DNA of 64,000 bases from the NCBI GenBank assembly GCA_037129895.1, contig JBAXUB010000005.1:597-64596 (forward strand). Direction: 5' to 3'. Shown here in pieces: positions 8,068 to 17,269 of the stretch. The stretch comes from Candidatus Tayloriibacteriota bacterium (lineage in GTDB: Bacteria > Patescibacteriota > Minisyncoccia > Phycocordibacterales > PALSA-1337). Within the stretch, counting starts at the first letter, position 1. Every line of letters starts with the position of its first letter. Position numbers and translations under genes: made by a program. The notes beneath the pieces are model-generated. The model did no database searches and was not told the DNA's origin. It saw only the letters and a program-made list of their open reading frames with translations.

Positions 8068-9480
8068 GTGAAAACGAATCTATCAAATGAATCATGGTCG
8101 CCTGTTGCGACTGTGCATTGCAATTATCGTTCACAAGGAAGGCGTGAGGACGGTAAATACGTTCTTCACGATGCCATTCCACACCTCTGTCATATCGAAT
8201 TGACATATGCGTGCAACGAGAAGTGCATCTTCTGTTACAATCCCGAACGAGCAAAACTGGGCGATCTATCAACGATTGATCAGCTTGTTCGTTCCATCGC
8301 GGTGAGTCAGATACCGCATGTATATCTGATAGGTGGCGAGCCAAGCTTACTGCCTGTCGAGAAGCTCAACGAATATATTGATCTTCTCTCTCCTTCCTCA
8401 TCCGTTACGATCGTAACTAATGGCCTAAAGCGGCTAGATGGTATCTCGAGCAAGCTCGCTTGTTTCGGAGTTCCGATTCATGGGGCGAATGCCAAAACCC
8501 ATGAATTTCTCAATCAGTCGCCAGGTAGTTTTGAGAAAACACTTGAAACAATCAGGTGTTATGTGGGCGAAGGTCATGATGTGCGATGCATACCAGTTCT
8601 CACTGGTTATAATCATGACCAGATGTATGACATCATCGGCATTGCGGCAGGTCTCGGTATGGAGTCGATTTACATCGACCGTTATGAAGATGGAGGTATT
8701 GGCGCGGTCAACTCCCGCGGTTATACTTTGAAGCCGACAAGCGAGCAGTTTCATATTGCTGTAGGACAAATTGTCCAGGCCAAGCACGATTTTGCCGTCT
8801 TTGATGGAAAGGTCGGGTTCGGTACAGCTATTCCGTACTGCTTGGATGAACGGATGATCATCGAGGGTATCACATCAAATTGCGGAGTTGGTACATACTT
8901 CTGCGCGATTAACCCCAAGGGTGAATTTCGAATGTGCAATCAGTCGCAACTTGTTTTTGGTAATGTCATGAAAGAGCCAATCGAGACGATCTGGAACAAG
9001 CCAGCACTCGATATCTTCCGTGATCTATCCTGGGTCGGCGAGCCGTGTAAATCGTGCGAATTATTGCTTGACTGTACGGGCGGCTGCAAAGTTGACTCGA
9101 ACTGTTCAGACAGATTCTGTATCGACTATGCGGTTCGCGGACTTTCCAAGCCTGTCGCTGAATTGGTAACAAAGGTCAAGCATTGTCAGTTGGCTGAAGG
9201 ATACCCGGAAAGTTACCGAAACTTTCGACCAAACAGATACATGAAACTTACAACACGTTACCCTGAGAAATTCCTGGTTACGCGGTATCAGACGGTAAAA
9301 CTGGATGAGATGGCACTGGAAATGGCTCAGGTCATTATCAGTGAAGCATTGATTGGTGAACGTGAGCTAATCGCTCGGTTTTCTAAATCAGTCGAGGAAC
9401 ATGAAATACGGTTATTCGTGAGCAAGATGCTTCAAGTGAATGCTCTTGATCTCGTGAAGGAGGTGCAACATGCAACTTAG
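8068..9480 (+). CDS. Radical SAM protein with a C-terminal SPASM/twitch-like Cys-rich domain
   Basis: It has a CNEKCIFC (CX3CX2C) motif, a GGEPS glycine-rich motif, and C-terminal cysteines (CGVGTYFC...CKSCELLLDCTGGC). The ORF track begins it at a GTG start. Confidence 0.75.
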   Translation: MKTNLSNESWSPVATVHCNYRSQGRREDGKYVLHDAIPHLCHIELTYACNEKCIFCYNPERAKLGDLSTIDQLVRSIAVSQIPHVYLIGGEPSLLPVEKLNEYIDLLSPSSSVTIVTNGLKRLDGISSKLACFGVPIHGANAKTHEFLNQSPGSFEKTLETIRCYVGEGHDVRCIPVLTGYNHDQMYDIIGIAAGLGMESIYIDRYEDGGIGAVNSRGYTLKPTSEQFHIAVGQIVQAKHDFAVFDGKVGFGTAIPYCLDERMIIEGITSNCGVGTYFCAINPKGEFRMCNQSQLVFGNVMKEPIETIWNKPALDIFRDLSWVGEPCKSCELLLDCTGGCKVDSNCSDRFCIDYAVRGLSKPVAELVTKVKHCQLAEGYPESYRNFRPNRYMKLTTRYPEKFLVTRYQTVKLDEMALEMAQVIISEALIGERELIARFSKSVEEHEIRLFVSKMLQVNALDLVKEVQHAT

Positions 9481-10957
9481 TGAAATTCATTGGGAAATCA
9501 CCAACATGTGTAATCTGGGGTGCAAACACTGTCTGCCGATGTCTGGTCGTGCACGAGAAAATGAACTTACGACCGAGGAAGCAATGGTTGCTTTGGTGGC
9601 ATTCCAAGCCGCAGGAGCTTCTAGAATCTGCTTAACCGGTGGAGAACCATTCAGTCGCTCAGACATCCTTGATTTGCTTGAAAGATCATTTGCGTTGGGG
9701 TTGAAGTCATCTGTAATAACCAATGCTACATTGCTCCCAAAGGCAACCTTGGAAACGATTAAACGCTTGGGCGTTGATCTTGGAATCAGTCTCGATGGTG
9801 CAGACCAAGCAACCAATGACGCCATTCGTGGTGATGGAAGCTACAAATGTATCATTGAGACTCTCATACAATGCCGGGCGTTGGGCATTTCAACAACTCT
9901 CTACGTCACGGTTTCAGCAATCAACATCGAACATCTGAATGCGTTCGCCAAGCTCGCAGTCGAGTATGGTTGTAATAGTATTCATTTCAACGAGATAACT
10001 ATTTCCGGTCGTGCCTATCATTTTTCGGATGAACTTAAACTCTCCGAAGATCAGAAAAAGCATTTGCCAGAAATGGTTGTCAAAATAGCCTCCGATATAT
10101 TCGGGGAAATTCTCTCTGATGCAGACGAGCATTGCTGGGTCGATGGTGTGACACTCAACATGACGGCCGACGGAAACCTCTATGTTTGCAGTGAAGTTTT
10201 CCAACGCCGGCCCGATCTTGCAATCGGCAATATTAGATCGTTTGTGTTCGAAACATTGTTGGAGCAAACCGCTTCGGCTTATTCTGGACATGAATATAAA
10301 TGTTGCTACAGTGTGTGTGCGAGCAAACATGTGATATTTGTCGGAAACATAGCCACTGGGTGTGCGTTTGCAAAGCAGAAACCATTCATCGAAACTCTTC
10401 CGCAACTATACGACGTTCTCGGTGAACTTTATCCGAGGATGGAGCTGGATTGCCGTGAATGTTCTGATCCTGATTGTATGGGTTATGTGTGGCTACTCAA
10501 AAAAGAAGCTGCACATCTGTACGAACAAGGTGTTCCGCTTGTTCAAGTGAATAATGGGCCAACCTTTATTCATTCGTTTCCCGTGACTGCGCAAGGGGTG
10601 CCCGATTTATCAATTCGGTATCCTCCATGCAGTCAGTTGTGTACAGACAGTAGAAGATGTAGTATCTACAAAGATCGTCCTTTGGCATGTCGTCTTTACC
10701 CGCTTGGGCTTGAGACAGAAGCAGACGGAACGATTGTATGGGCACTACATCTGGATTGTCTGCATGTTCGAAGACTGGAAGAGCGCGGTTTGCTTCCAGA
10801 ACTCGAATGTCGTGTTCTGAAAATCATCGACGAGATTTCGCCGAAATTGTTGGAAGAAATAGTCGAGACTTATCGCGCAGTCGATGCGATTTCTTCTTTC
10901 CCTGACGGTGATAACAAGTACAAACCCCTACGAAAGGTGAGTTATGTCAAAATGTAA
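9470..10957 (+). CDS. Radical SAM/SPASM protein with a C-terminal YkgJ-like Cys-rich extension
   Basis: It has CNLGCKHC (CX3CX2C) 12 aa from the N-terminus and a GGEPF motif. Mid-region cysteines are present. The C-terminus has CRECSDPDC...CSQLC...CSIYKDRPLACRLYP, which resembles the PF03692 CxxCxxCC zinc/iron-chelating domain. It overlaps the upstream rSAM gene by 11 nt. Confidence 0.75.
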   Translation: MQLSEIHWEITNMCNLGCKHCLPMSGRARENELTTEEAMVALVAFQAAGASRICLTGGEPFSRSDILDLLERSFALGLKSSVITNATLLPKATLETIKRLGVDLGISLDGADQATNDAIRGDGSYKCIIETLIQCRALGISTTLYVTVSAINIEHLNAFAKLAVEYGCNSIHFNEITISGRAYHFSDELKLSEDQKKHLPEMVVKIASDIFGEILSDADEHCWVDGVTLNMTADGNLYVCSEVFQRRPDLAIGNIRSFVFETLLEQTASAYSGHEYKCCYSVCASKHVIFVGNIATGCAFAKQKPFIETLPQLYDVLGELYPRMELDCRECSDPDCMGYVWLLKKEAAHLYEQGVPLVQVNNGPTFIHSFPVTAQGVPDLSIRYPPCSQLCTDSRRCSIYKDRPLACRLYPLGLETEADGTIVWALHLDCLHVRRLEERGLLPELECRVLKIIDEISPKLLEEIVETYRAVDAISSFPDGDNKYKPLRKVSYVKM

Positions 10958-11099
10958 AGCAGTTCTTGACGGTGACAAGATCACCGAAATCTGTGTCAAG
11001 ACAAAACCGGTCAAGAAAGCTGAGAAACGAGAGTTGAAAGATTCGAATGTTGTCGAAGCAAAACCGACCGATTCGTCCCGGCAACAGACTGGAACATAG
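10944..11099 (+). CDS. 51-aa Lys-rich peptide with 2 Cys (MSKCKAVLDGDKITEICVKTKPVKKAEKRELKDSNVVEAKPTDSSRQQTGT). It may be a precursor or partner peptide of the rSAM pair.
   Basis: Translated by hand. Its ATG overlaps the 3' end of the rSAM gene by 14 nt. It is followed directly by a rho-independent terminator and falls below the ORF-track cutoff. Confidence 0.35.
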   Translation: MSKCKAVLDGDKITEICVKTKPVKKAEKRELKDSNVVEAKPTDSSRQQTGT

Positions 11100-11123
11100 A
11101 TGTGACAGATCTTGTGTTCACGA

Positions 11124-11152
11124 GTGGCATTCATAGGAGTGCCACTTTTTTA
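11124..11152 (+). terminator. Rho-independent terminator (GTGGCA-loop-TGCCAC + T6)
   Basis: A hairpin followed by TTTTTT was read directly from the sequence. Confidence 0.6.
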
Positions 11153-11181
11153 TTATCCAAATAAGTTATACTATAGACAAC

Positions 11182-11739
11182 ATGACAGGTATTGAAAAAT
11201 ATTCGTCAGATTGGTCAAAGAAATATAAGCTTGAATCAGAAAAGATTAGAGCTGTCTTGGGTGATGTCGTAAAAGACATCCAACATATCGGAAGTACCTC
11301 CATTCCTAGAATGTTCGCAAAGCCATTGATAGATATTGGTGTCTTAGTGAACATAATCGATGATATAGATTTTTTTGTACAAAAACTTGAGAATTTAGAA
11401 TATTCATATAAACCGGATATGTCATCCGCGGAACGAATCTTTTTTCGAAAGGGCGATCCTGTGGAGTATCATTTGTCCATAGCCTGTCCGAGACATACCT
11501 TCTGGAAACGGCAGATTGATTTTAGGGATTATTTGAGAGAGCACCCTGAATTTGTCGAGGAATATAACGCACTTAAGCTAAAGAATCTAAAAATTACCCC
11601 TGAAGAGGATCTTTCCGATCTATCAAGAAGTAAAATATATAACCAAGGCAAGGAAGATTTTGTAAATAGGGTCCTAAAATTGGCAGAAAACGAGAATATT
11701 CACAAAATATCAGATTCTTCACAGATAATCGTTAAATAA
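11182..11739 (+). CDS. GrpB-family protein (UPF0157, nucleotidyltransferase-like)
   Basis: It has an HIGSTSIP...AKPLIDI motif and the length typical of GrpB. Confidence 0.6.
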   Translation: MTGIEKYSSDWSKKYKLESEKIRAVLGDVVKDIQHIGSTSIPRMFAKPLIDIGVLVNIIDDIDFFVQKLENLEYSYKPDMSSAERIFFRKGDPVEYHLSIACPRHTFWKRQIDFRDYLREHPEFVEEYNALKLKNLKITPEEDLSDLSRSKIYNQGKEDFVNRVLKLAENENIHKISDSSQIIVK

Positions 11740-11791
11740 TCAATAGACGATTTAATTCCATTCGGACATCGTCCCAAGCTCCCCGCAAAAA

Positions 11792-11806
11792 TTGCCAAAT
11801 TGGCAA
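11792..11806. promoter_or_regulatory. Palindrome TTGCCAAATTGGCAA, candidate operator (copy 2)
   Basis: It is identical to 6872..6886 and lies ~60 bp upstream of the wHTH gene. Confidence 0.4.
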
Positions 11807-11865
11807 GATTCAACCTCTAGAAAATACCGCAGAATCATGCGGTATTTTCGTTTTCCATTCAAATA

Positions 11866-12186
11866 GTGATTCCTGCTCAAGACGATGAAGACACGGCAAG
11901 ATTTGCCGCTTTGAGCGAAACAGAAAAGAAAGCGCTCATATTCATTGAAAAAGAGTCCTTATACTACAGATCACCGTCAGTGCGAGTGCTAGCAAATCAT
12001 GTTGGCCTCAAGTCATCACGATCTGGTGTGAGGATAATTAGAAAGTTGGTTGCGGATGGTTTTGTGGTGAAGAATAAGCGAGGTGAGCTCAAGTGTAGTG
12101 AAAGAGGGTATGGTGTTATGTGTATTTATAAAAAACAGCGCAGAGGGTTTTCCTCTGCGCCGATGAGCTGCCAATGTTGCATTTAA
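11866..12186 (+). CDS. Small wHTH protein resembling the LexA N-terminal DNA-binding domain, with no peptidase domain
   Basis: ETEKKALIFIEKESLYYRSPSVRVLANHVGLKSSRSGVRIIRKLVADGFV follows the LexA_DNA_bind pattern. Confidence 0.5.
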   Translation: MIPAQDDEDTARFAALSETEKKALIFIEKESLYYRSPSVRVLANHVGLKSSRSGVRIIRKLVADGFVVKNKRGELKCSERGYGVMCIYKKQRRGFSSAPMSCQCCI

Positions 12187-12439
12187 TCGCAAACACTCAC
12201 TGATTTTGCTGATTCCTCTTGGAAGTAAGGTTCTACTGCTCGCAGTGGCCCAGCAAGAATTCTTCTGAAGAAGGATCTAGACGGTGGGGGATTGCCACTC
12301 ATGTGAATTGCGATGATTCCTAAGTCGTTTACTGGGACTTTGTATGAGTCGGGTCCGAATTGTTCAAGTGACCTTCGACCCTGTCTTATCCGCCTTTTTC
12401 GTGTCATGTATGTTTTCATAATTGATCGTCGATCTACCA

Positions 12440-12613
12440 TCAATGCACAATGAACGTATTTAGCAGTTGAACTACTACTTTGACGAGCAACAGTGCTGCT
12501 ACCGTCGTCATAATACCGATGACAAAGCCAACTTTCTGACCTCCGTCAAATGCATGCTGACGGTTGATTAGTTCCTGGTCATCGCCAGTGGTTTGAATGC
12601 AGTTATCTTCCAT
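12440..12613 (-). CDS. Small 57-aa membrane protein, paralog of 7289..7450
   Basis: Hand translation gives MEDNCIQTTGDDQELINRQHAFDGGQKVGFVIGIMTTVAALLLVKVVVQLLNTFIVH. A hairpin plus T6 terminator follows on the minus strand at ~12140-12170. Confidence 0.5.
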   Translation of the reverse strand: MEDNCIQTTGDDQELINRQHAFDGGQKVGFVIGIMTTVAALLLVKVVVQLLNTFIVH

Positions 12614-12739
12614 AAGTACTCCAAGTTGTTAATATTGCTGTGGTTTCTGGCCTCTAACTATATATTACGCGCTTTATATGTTAATGCAAGAACACAACAG
12701 GCACTTGTCTTTGAGTTGTAGGAGGTATATAGTTGTTAT

Positions 12740-12943
12740 ATGGAATTAGTAAAAGCCCCAAATCTAGGTCTTCTTACCAAAGCTCATGAGAACAAATGGG
12801 TGGCTTTTTCGATGGATTATCAGAAATTATTGGCTGTTGCCACCTCGCTTGTAGAATTGACAAAGAATCTCGGGAAAAGAGAGGGGATCGTCATGCGCGT
12901 ACTTCCTGCTGACGTTGGCTATGCCCCAAGTCTTCGTTCATGA
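12740..12943 (+). CDS. Small DUF5678-like protein
   Basis: It has the NKWVAF...GIVMRVLPAD pattern and a stop/start overlap (ATGA) with the downstream protease gene. Confidence 0.4.
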   Translation: MELVKAPNLGLLTKAHENKWVAFSMDYQKLLAVATSLVELTKNLGKREGIVMRVLPADVGYAPSLRS

Positions 12944-13362
12944 AGTTTCAGTATACGACAACAGTTGCTACGAATACTAAGGGCAAGTTGACAAAGCGTC
13001 CCCTTGTTGAGTTGGAGTTGGTCGGTAATGGCCAGACCATTCACGCATTGGGCCTCATTGACTCAGGTGCCGACACGACCATGATGAATCTGGAATATGC
13101 ACGCGTTCTAGGTATTGATCTTGCAAAAGCAAACAAAAAAGAGTTTCTCGGAATTGGTGGCACTCGAGTGAGCTGCTTTTTATCATCTGTCAGTATGAAG
13201 CTAGTAAATACTGATCACACGTTCATTTCGACCGTTGCCTTTACTGATAGTCCGTCCGTCGATATCTTACTTGGTCAGGAGGACTTTTTTGAATGCTTCA
13301 GGATCAAGTTCGAGAAGGATCATGACGTCTTTGAATTGTCGCCATCACTGCAGAGAAAGTAG
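12940..13362 (+). CDS. Retropepsin-like (clan AA) aspartic peptidase
   Basis: It has an LIDSGADTTMM active-site motif. Confidence 0.6.
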   Translation: MKFQYTTTVATNTKGKLTKRPLVELELVGNGQTIHALGLIDSGADTTMMNLEYARVLGIDLAKANKKEFLGIGGTRVSCFLSSVSMKLVNTDHTFISTVAFTDSPSVDILLGQEDFFECFRIKFEKDHDVFELSPSLQRK

Positions 13363-13519
13363 AACGTATCAACAAAGGTTGTCATTTCCGACAAAATGTA
13401 CCCCCTTTGTTGTATCAATCGGTTCTTTATGATGACCTTACACTCTATTACAATCAATTCCGCTTACGACCGATCGACTCAATAAACTCTTTCTAAAATT
13501 ATGCTATATTATATACATC

Positions 13520-14560
13520 ATGAATAACCGAAATGTAGGCTTCTATTTCTTCATTGCCGTACTACTAGTCGTATTTGTTGCGACTTTCCTTATCTTTAAG
13601 CCCTTCATCTACCCGATGATCTTGGCGGCAGTTTTTGTAACAATATTCGGCCCAATACATGCCAAGATTTCCAAATTTGTTTTTCGAAGACGGGGCATCG
13701 CAGCATTTCTCTCAACTATCATAGTCCTCATTGTCGTCATCGTCCCAGTTAGCTTCTTGAGTTTCCAGGTATTACAGGAAGTATCCGCCCTATATTCATA
13801 TTATTCTACGAATCAGAGTACAACTGATGTTATAGGGTCGATCAATCATTCAATAGAGAATCTGATCGAAATGTCCCCGATCGATATCAATGTTGTGCCA
13901 GATATGAATAGTTATTTGACTCAAGGCCTCGATTGGCTAGTCGGGCATCTCGGTAGGATATTCCTCAATGTTTCGACGATCCTCATGGACGTATTCATAT
14001 TCCTTGTGGCCCTCTATTATCTATTCAGAGACGGTCACAAATTGAAGCAAGCTATAATAGTTTTTAGCCCTCTCAAAGACAATCATGATGAAGCGATCTT
14101 TTCGAAGCTCGCAGTAGCAGTCAAGTCAATCGTCGGGGGAAGCATCGTTGTGGCCATAGTCCAAGGATTATTGACTGGACTCGGATTAATGATTTTCGGT
14201 GTGCCGAATCCAGTACTCTGGGGTAGTGTGGCAGCGATCGCCGCATTGGTTCCAACACTCGGAACTTCTCTGATTATAGTTCCTGCTATTATATATCTAT
14301 TATTTACTGGTCAAATCTTGTATGCATTTGGACTCCTCATATGGGGTATGACAGCGGTTGGTCTCATTGATAATTATCTGGGACCAAAACTCGTCGGACG
14401 TGGCATAGATACACATCCTTTACTAATACTTCTATCAGTTATCGGCGGTATTGCATTGTTCGGTCCACTCGGATTCATCTTGGGACCACTAGTGCTCAGT
14501 TTATTGAACGCTCTTCTCGATATTTACTCGACCATTCAGAAGGAGAATGGGGTGTATTGA
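13520..14560 (+). CDS. AI-2E family transporter (UPF0118, PerM/TqsA-like)
   Basis: It has eight hydrophobic segments, with topology and length typical of the family. Confidence 0.65.
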   Translation: MNNRNVGFYFFIAVLLVVFVATFLIFKPFIYPMILAAVFVTIFGPIHAKISKFVFRRRGIAAFLSTIIVLIVVIVPVSFLSFQVLQEVSALYSYYSTNQSTTDVIGSINHSIENLIEMSPIDINVVPDMNSYLTQGLDWLVGHLGRIFLNVSTILMDVFIFLVALYYLFRDGHKLKQAIIVFSPLKDNHDEAIFSKLAVAVKSIVGGSIVVAIVQGLLTGLGLMIFGVPNPVLWGSVAAIAALVPTLGTSLIIVPAIIYLLFTGQILYAFGLLIWGMTAVGLIDNYLGPKLVGRGIDTHPLLILLSVIGGIALFGPLGFILGPLVLSLLNALLDIYSTIQKENGVY

Positions 14561-14790
14561 TTATGTCCAAAACCATTCATATCCGTGTATCTGCTGGTGC
14601 AAGAGTTGAAAAAGTTGAAGTAATGCCAGACGGTATCCTCAAAGTCCGGGTCAATGCTCCTCCAGAAAGGGGTAAAGCTAATGAAAGGGTCGTGGAACTC
14701 TTGGCCGAGTATTTCAAGCTGTCAAAAGCGAGAATCGCCATCATTCGTGGCCATACGAATAGGGAAAAGGTTGTTTTGGTAGAGGAATAG
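14557..14790 (+). CDS. DUF167 (YggU-like) protein
   Basis: IHIRVSAGARVEKVEVMPDGILKVRVNAPPERGKANE matches the UPF0235 pattern. It overlaps the upstream gene by 4 nt. Confidence 0.6.
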   Translation: MIMSKTIHIRVSAGARVEKVEVMPDGILKVRVNAPPERGKANERVVELLAEYFKLSKARIAIIRGHTNREKVVLVEE

Positions 14791-14901
14791 TGGGAGTAAT
14801 TGATTTTTAAATCTATGGAATTTCATAGTATTAGAGAATTCTAACATGGAATATTTATGTTGTGAGCTATACAGAAGTTTTTGGTTTGATAAAATTGTGG
14901 C

Positions 14902-15577
14902 ATGTCAAAAGCCATAAGTATTCAAAACATTAATATAAGTGTGAAAACTTCTAAAGTCGGAGATGATTATATTTGCCTGACTGATATGGCACGTTTTCAA
15001 AACCCTAAGGAACCAAAAGACGTAGTGAAAAATTGGATGCGAAGTATATACACGTTAGATTTCTTGAGCATTTGGGAAAAAATTAATAACCCAGGATTCA
15101 AAGGGATCGAATTCGACCACTTTAGAAGTAGAGCAGGCACAAATTCCTTTACTATGTCTCCTGAGAAGTGGATAAATGGCGTAAATGCTATAGGGATAAA
15201 ATCAACTAGAGGAAATACTGGCGGTACGTATGCTCATAAAGATATAGCTTTTGAATTTGCAACGTGGTTATCACCAGAATTCAAGCTATATTTAATTAAT
15301 GATCATTTATGCAGATGAGGCAGATGTATTGAATGTGGCACTATTTGGTATAACAGCTAGAGAATGGAGGGCTAAAAACCCAGATAAGGTTGGCAATATT
15401 CGGGATTATTCATCAATTGAACAATTATTAGTTCTGGCAAATATGGAAAGTATAAATGCTGAGTTTATCCGTATGGGCTTACACCAGAAAGACCGGTTAT
15501 TGAGACTGAATCAGACTGCTATAGTTCAGATAAAGTCACTTATGACTAGTATCGGTTTGAAAAAAGTTGGTCAATGA
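14902..15577 (+). pseudogene. KilA-N domain protein gene split by a frameshift (ORFs 14902..15318 and 15299..15577)
   Basis: The N-terminal ORF carries the KilA-N signature (AHKDIAFEFATWLSPEFKLYLI). The C-terminal ORF carries the typical KilA-N protein tail (LNVALFGITAREWRAKNPDKVGNIRDYSSIEQLLVLANMES). The two overlap by 20 nt in different frames. Confidence 0.55.
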
Positions 15578-15680
15578 GTGTTTTTTTGTAAAAAAGGCCA
15601 TTTATCGCACCAATAGAGTTATACACACCTTCATGTGGATAATGCCACCATATGTTTTGTGATACAATAATGGTAAATAT

Positions 15681-16031
15681 ATGGAAATACCAACACCATT
15701 TACAGAAAATCGTCCGTGGGGCGAAGAGTTGTGGTTGACGAAATCTACACCTTCAATGGTGAAGATCATAACTGTGAATCCGGGTGAATGTTGCAGTCTG
15801 CAATATCATCACAATCGAGATGAATTCTGGCGTGTATTATCAGGTAATGGTGTAGTTGAAATAGGTGATCTAAAAATGGAAACAAAACTCGGCGATAATC
15901 ATTTCGTACCAAGAGAGACCAAACATAGATTTACTGGTGGTAGTCAACCGCTCACTCTTCTAGAGATCACTTATGGACAGTTCGATGAAAATGATATTGT
16001 GCGCCTAGAGGACAAATATGGTCGTATATAG
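15681..16031 (+). CDS. Cupin-domain protein (mannose-6-phosphate isomerase-type cupin)
   Basis: It has a cupin_2-like GECCSLQYHHNRDEFWRVLSG motif. Confidence 0.55.
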   Translation: MEIPTPFTENRPWGEELWLTKSTPSMVKIITVNPGECCSLQYHHNRDEFWRVLSGNGVVEIGDLKMETKLGDNHFVPRETKHRFTGGSQPLTLLEITYGQFDENDIVRLEDKYGRI

Positions 16032-16051
16032 ATTATAATTATATTAATAGC

Positions 16052-17179
16052 ATGGACATTTATTCATTTCCAATAATTTCACTCTTCTTTGCCGGTTTGG
16101 TGATTTTGGTTTTGATTATATATATTTCAGTCCAACATATTTCTCATACGCGAGACGACTCATTTGAACGTCCACACCATAAACTTTCTCGTCATCACAA
16201 GAATCCAGTATTATCTCCTTTACCATTTTGTGAATGGGAAGCTGGTGGAACATTCAATCCTGCAGCATTTCAGGACGATGAAGGCAAGGTACATTTGTTA
16301 TATAGAGCTATCGGAGCTGACGGTTTGTCACGCGTAGGCTATGCAGGTAGTGGTGATGGTTATAATTTTGCTGGTCGTTCTACGTATCCCGTTTTTGAGC
16401 CGACTCTGGGATATGGTAAACCTGATCCTGCAAAAACCACTGGACCAAAGAAATATGATCCAAGTGTATATACTTCAGGTGGTGGTTGGGGTGGTTCTGA
16501 AGACCCAAGGACAGTGAGGATCGGTGACAGAGTGTATATGTCATATATTGCATTTGAAGGTTGGAATTCTGTACGCATCGCACTTACATCTATTCTTCTT
16601 GATGATCTCAAAAAGAAACGTTGGAATTGGAAACGTCCGCAGATCATTTCACCAGAAGGGCAAGTGGCGAAAAATTGGGTAATCTTTCCGGAAAAGATCG
16701 GTGGCAAGTTTGCCATAATACACAGCATTATTCCTAATATCGGTATAGAATATGTAGAAAATTTGGATAATATTAGTGAGAAGATAAGTAGCCCGAGACT
16801 TCATGGCCCACAACCTGGAAGAAAGAAATTCTGGGACAGTAGAGTACGTGGTGCAGGACCACCACCTCTTCGAACAGATAAAGGTTGGTTACTTCTATAT
16901 CATGCACAGGACGATCGTGAGCCTTCAAAATACAAACTCGGTGCGATGATACTGGATATCAATGACCCCACGAAGATACTGTATCGTTCACCACAACCAA
17001 TACTGACACCTGATATGCATTATGAGAATGATGGAAAACCAGGCATCGTCTATGCATCTGGTGCGGTCATAATAGGTGACAATCTGATGGTATATTATGG
17101 AGGTGGAGACAAACATGTATGTATTGCTGAGACACCACTTCGAGCATTGTTGGATTGGATGATTGAGTATGGTAAGTAA
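16052..17179 (+). CDS. GH130-family glycoside phosphorylase/hydrolase (beta-mannoside phosphorylase-like) with an N-terminal TM anchor
   Basis: It has FNPAAF..LLYRAIG, GSEDPR and YYGGGD motifs, plus an N-terminal hydrophobic helix. Confidence 0.65.
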   Translation: MDIYSFPIISLFFAGLVILVLIIYISVQHISHTRDDSFERPHHKLSRHHKNPVLSPLPFCEWEAGGTFNPAAFQDDEGKVHLLYRAIGADGLSRVGYAGSGDGYNFAGRSTYPVFEPTLGYGKPDPAKTTGPKKYDPSVYTSGGGWGGSEDPRTVRIGDRVYMSYIAFEGWNSVRIALTSILLDDLKKKRWNWKRPQIISPEGQVAKNWVIFPEKIGGKFAIIHSIIPNIGIEYVENLDNISEKISSPRLHGPQPGRKKFWDSRVRGAGPPPLRTDKGWLLLYHAQDDREPSKYKLGAMILDINDPTKILYRSPQPILTPDMHYENDGKPGIVYASGAVIIGDNLMVYYGGGDKHVCIAETPLRALLDWMIEYGK

Positions 17180-17269
17180 GCATGAAGTATTAGGGAATAA
17201 GTATCGATACGAATATACGAATTATCTTAATGATACGAATAGGGTTTTTACAAAATTTTAGCTATTACA

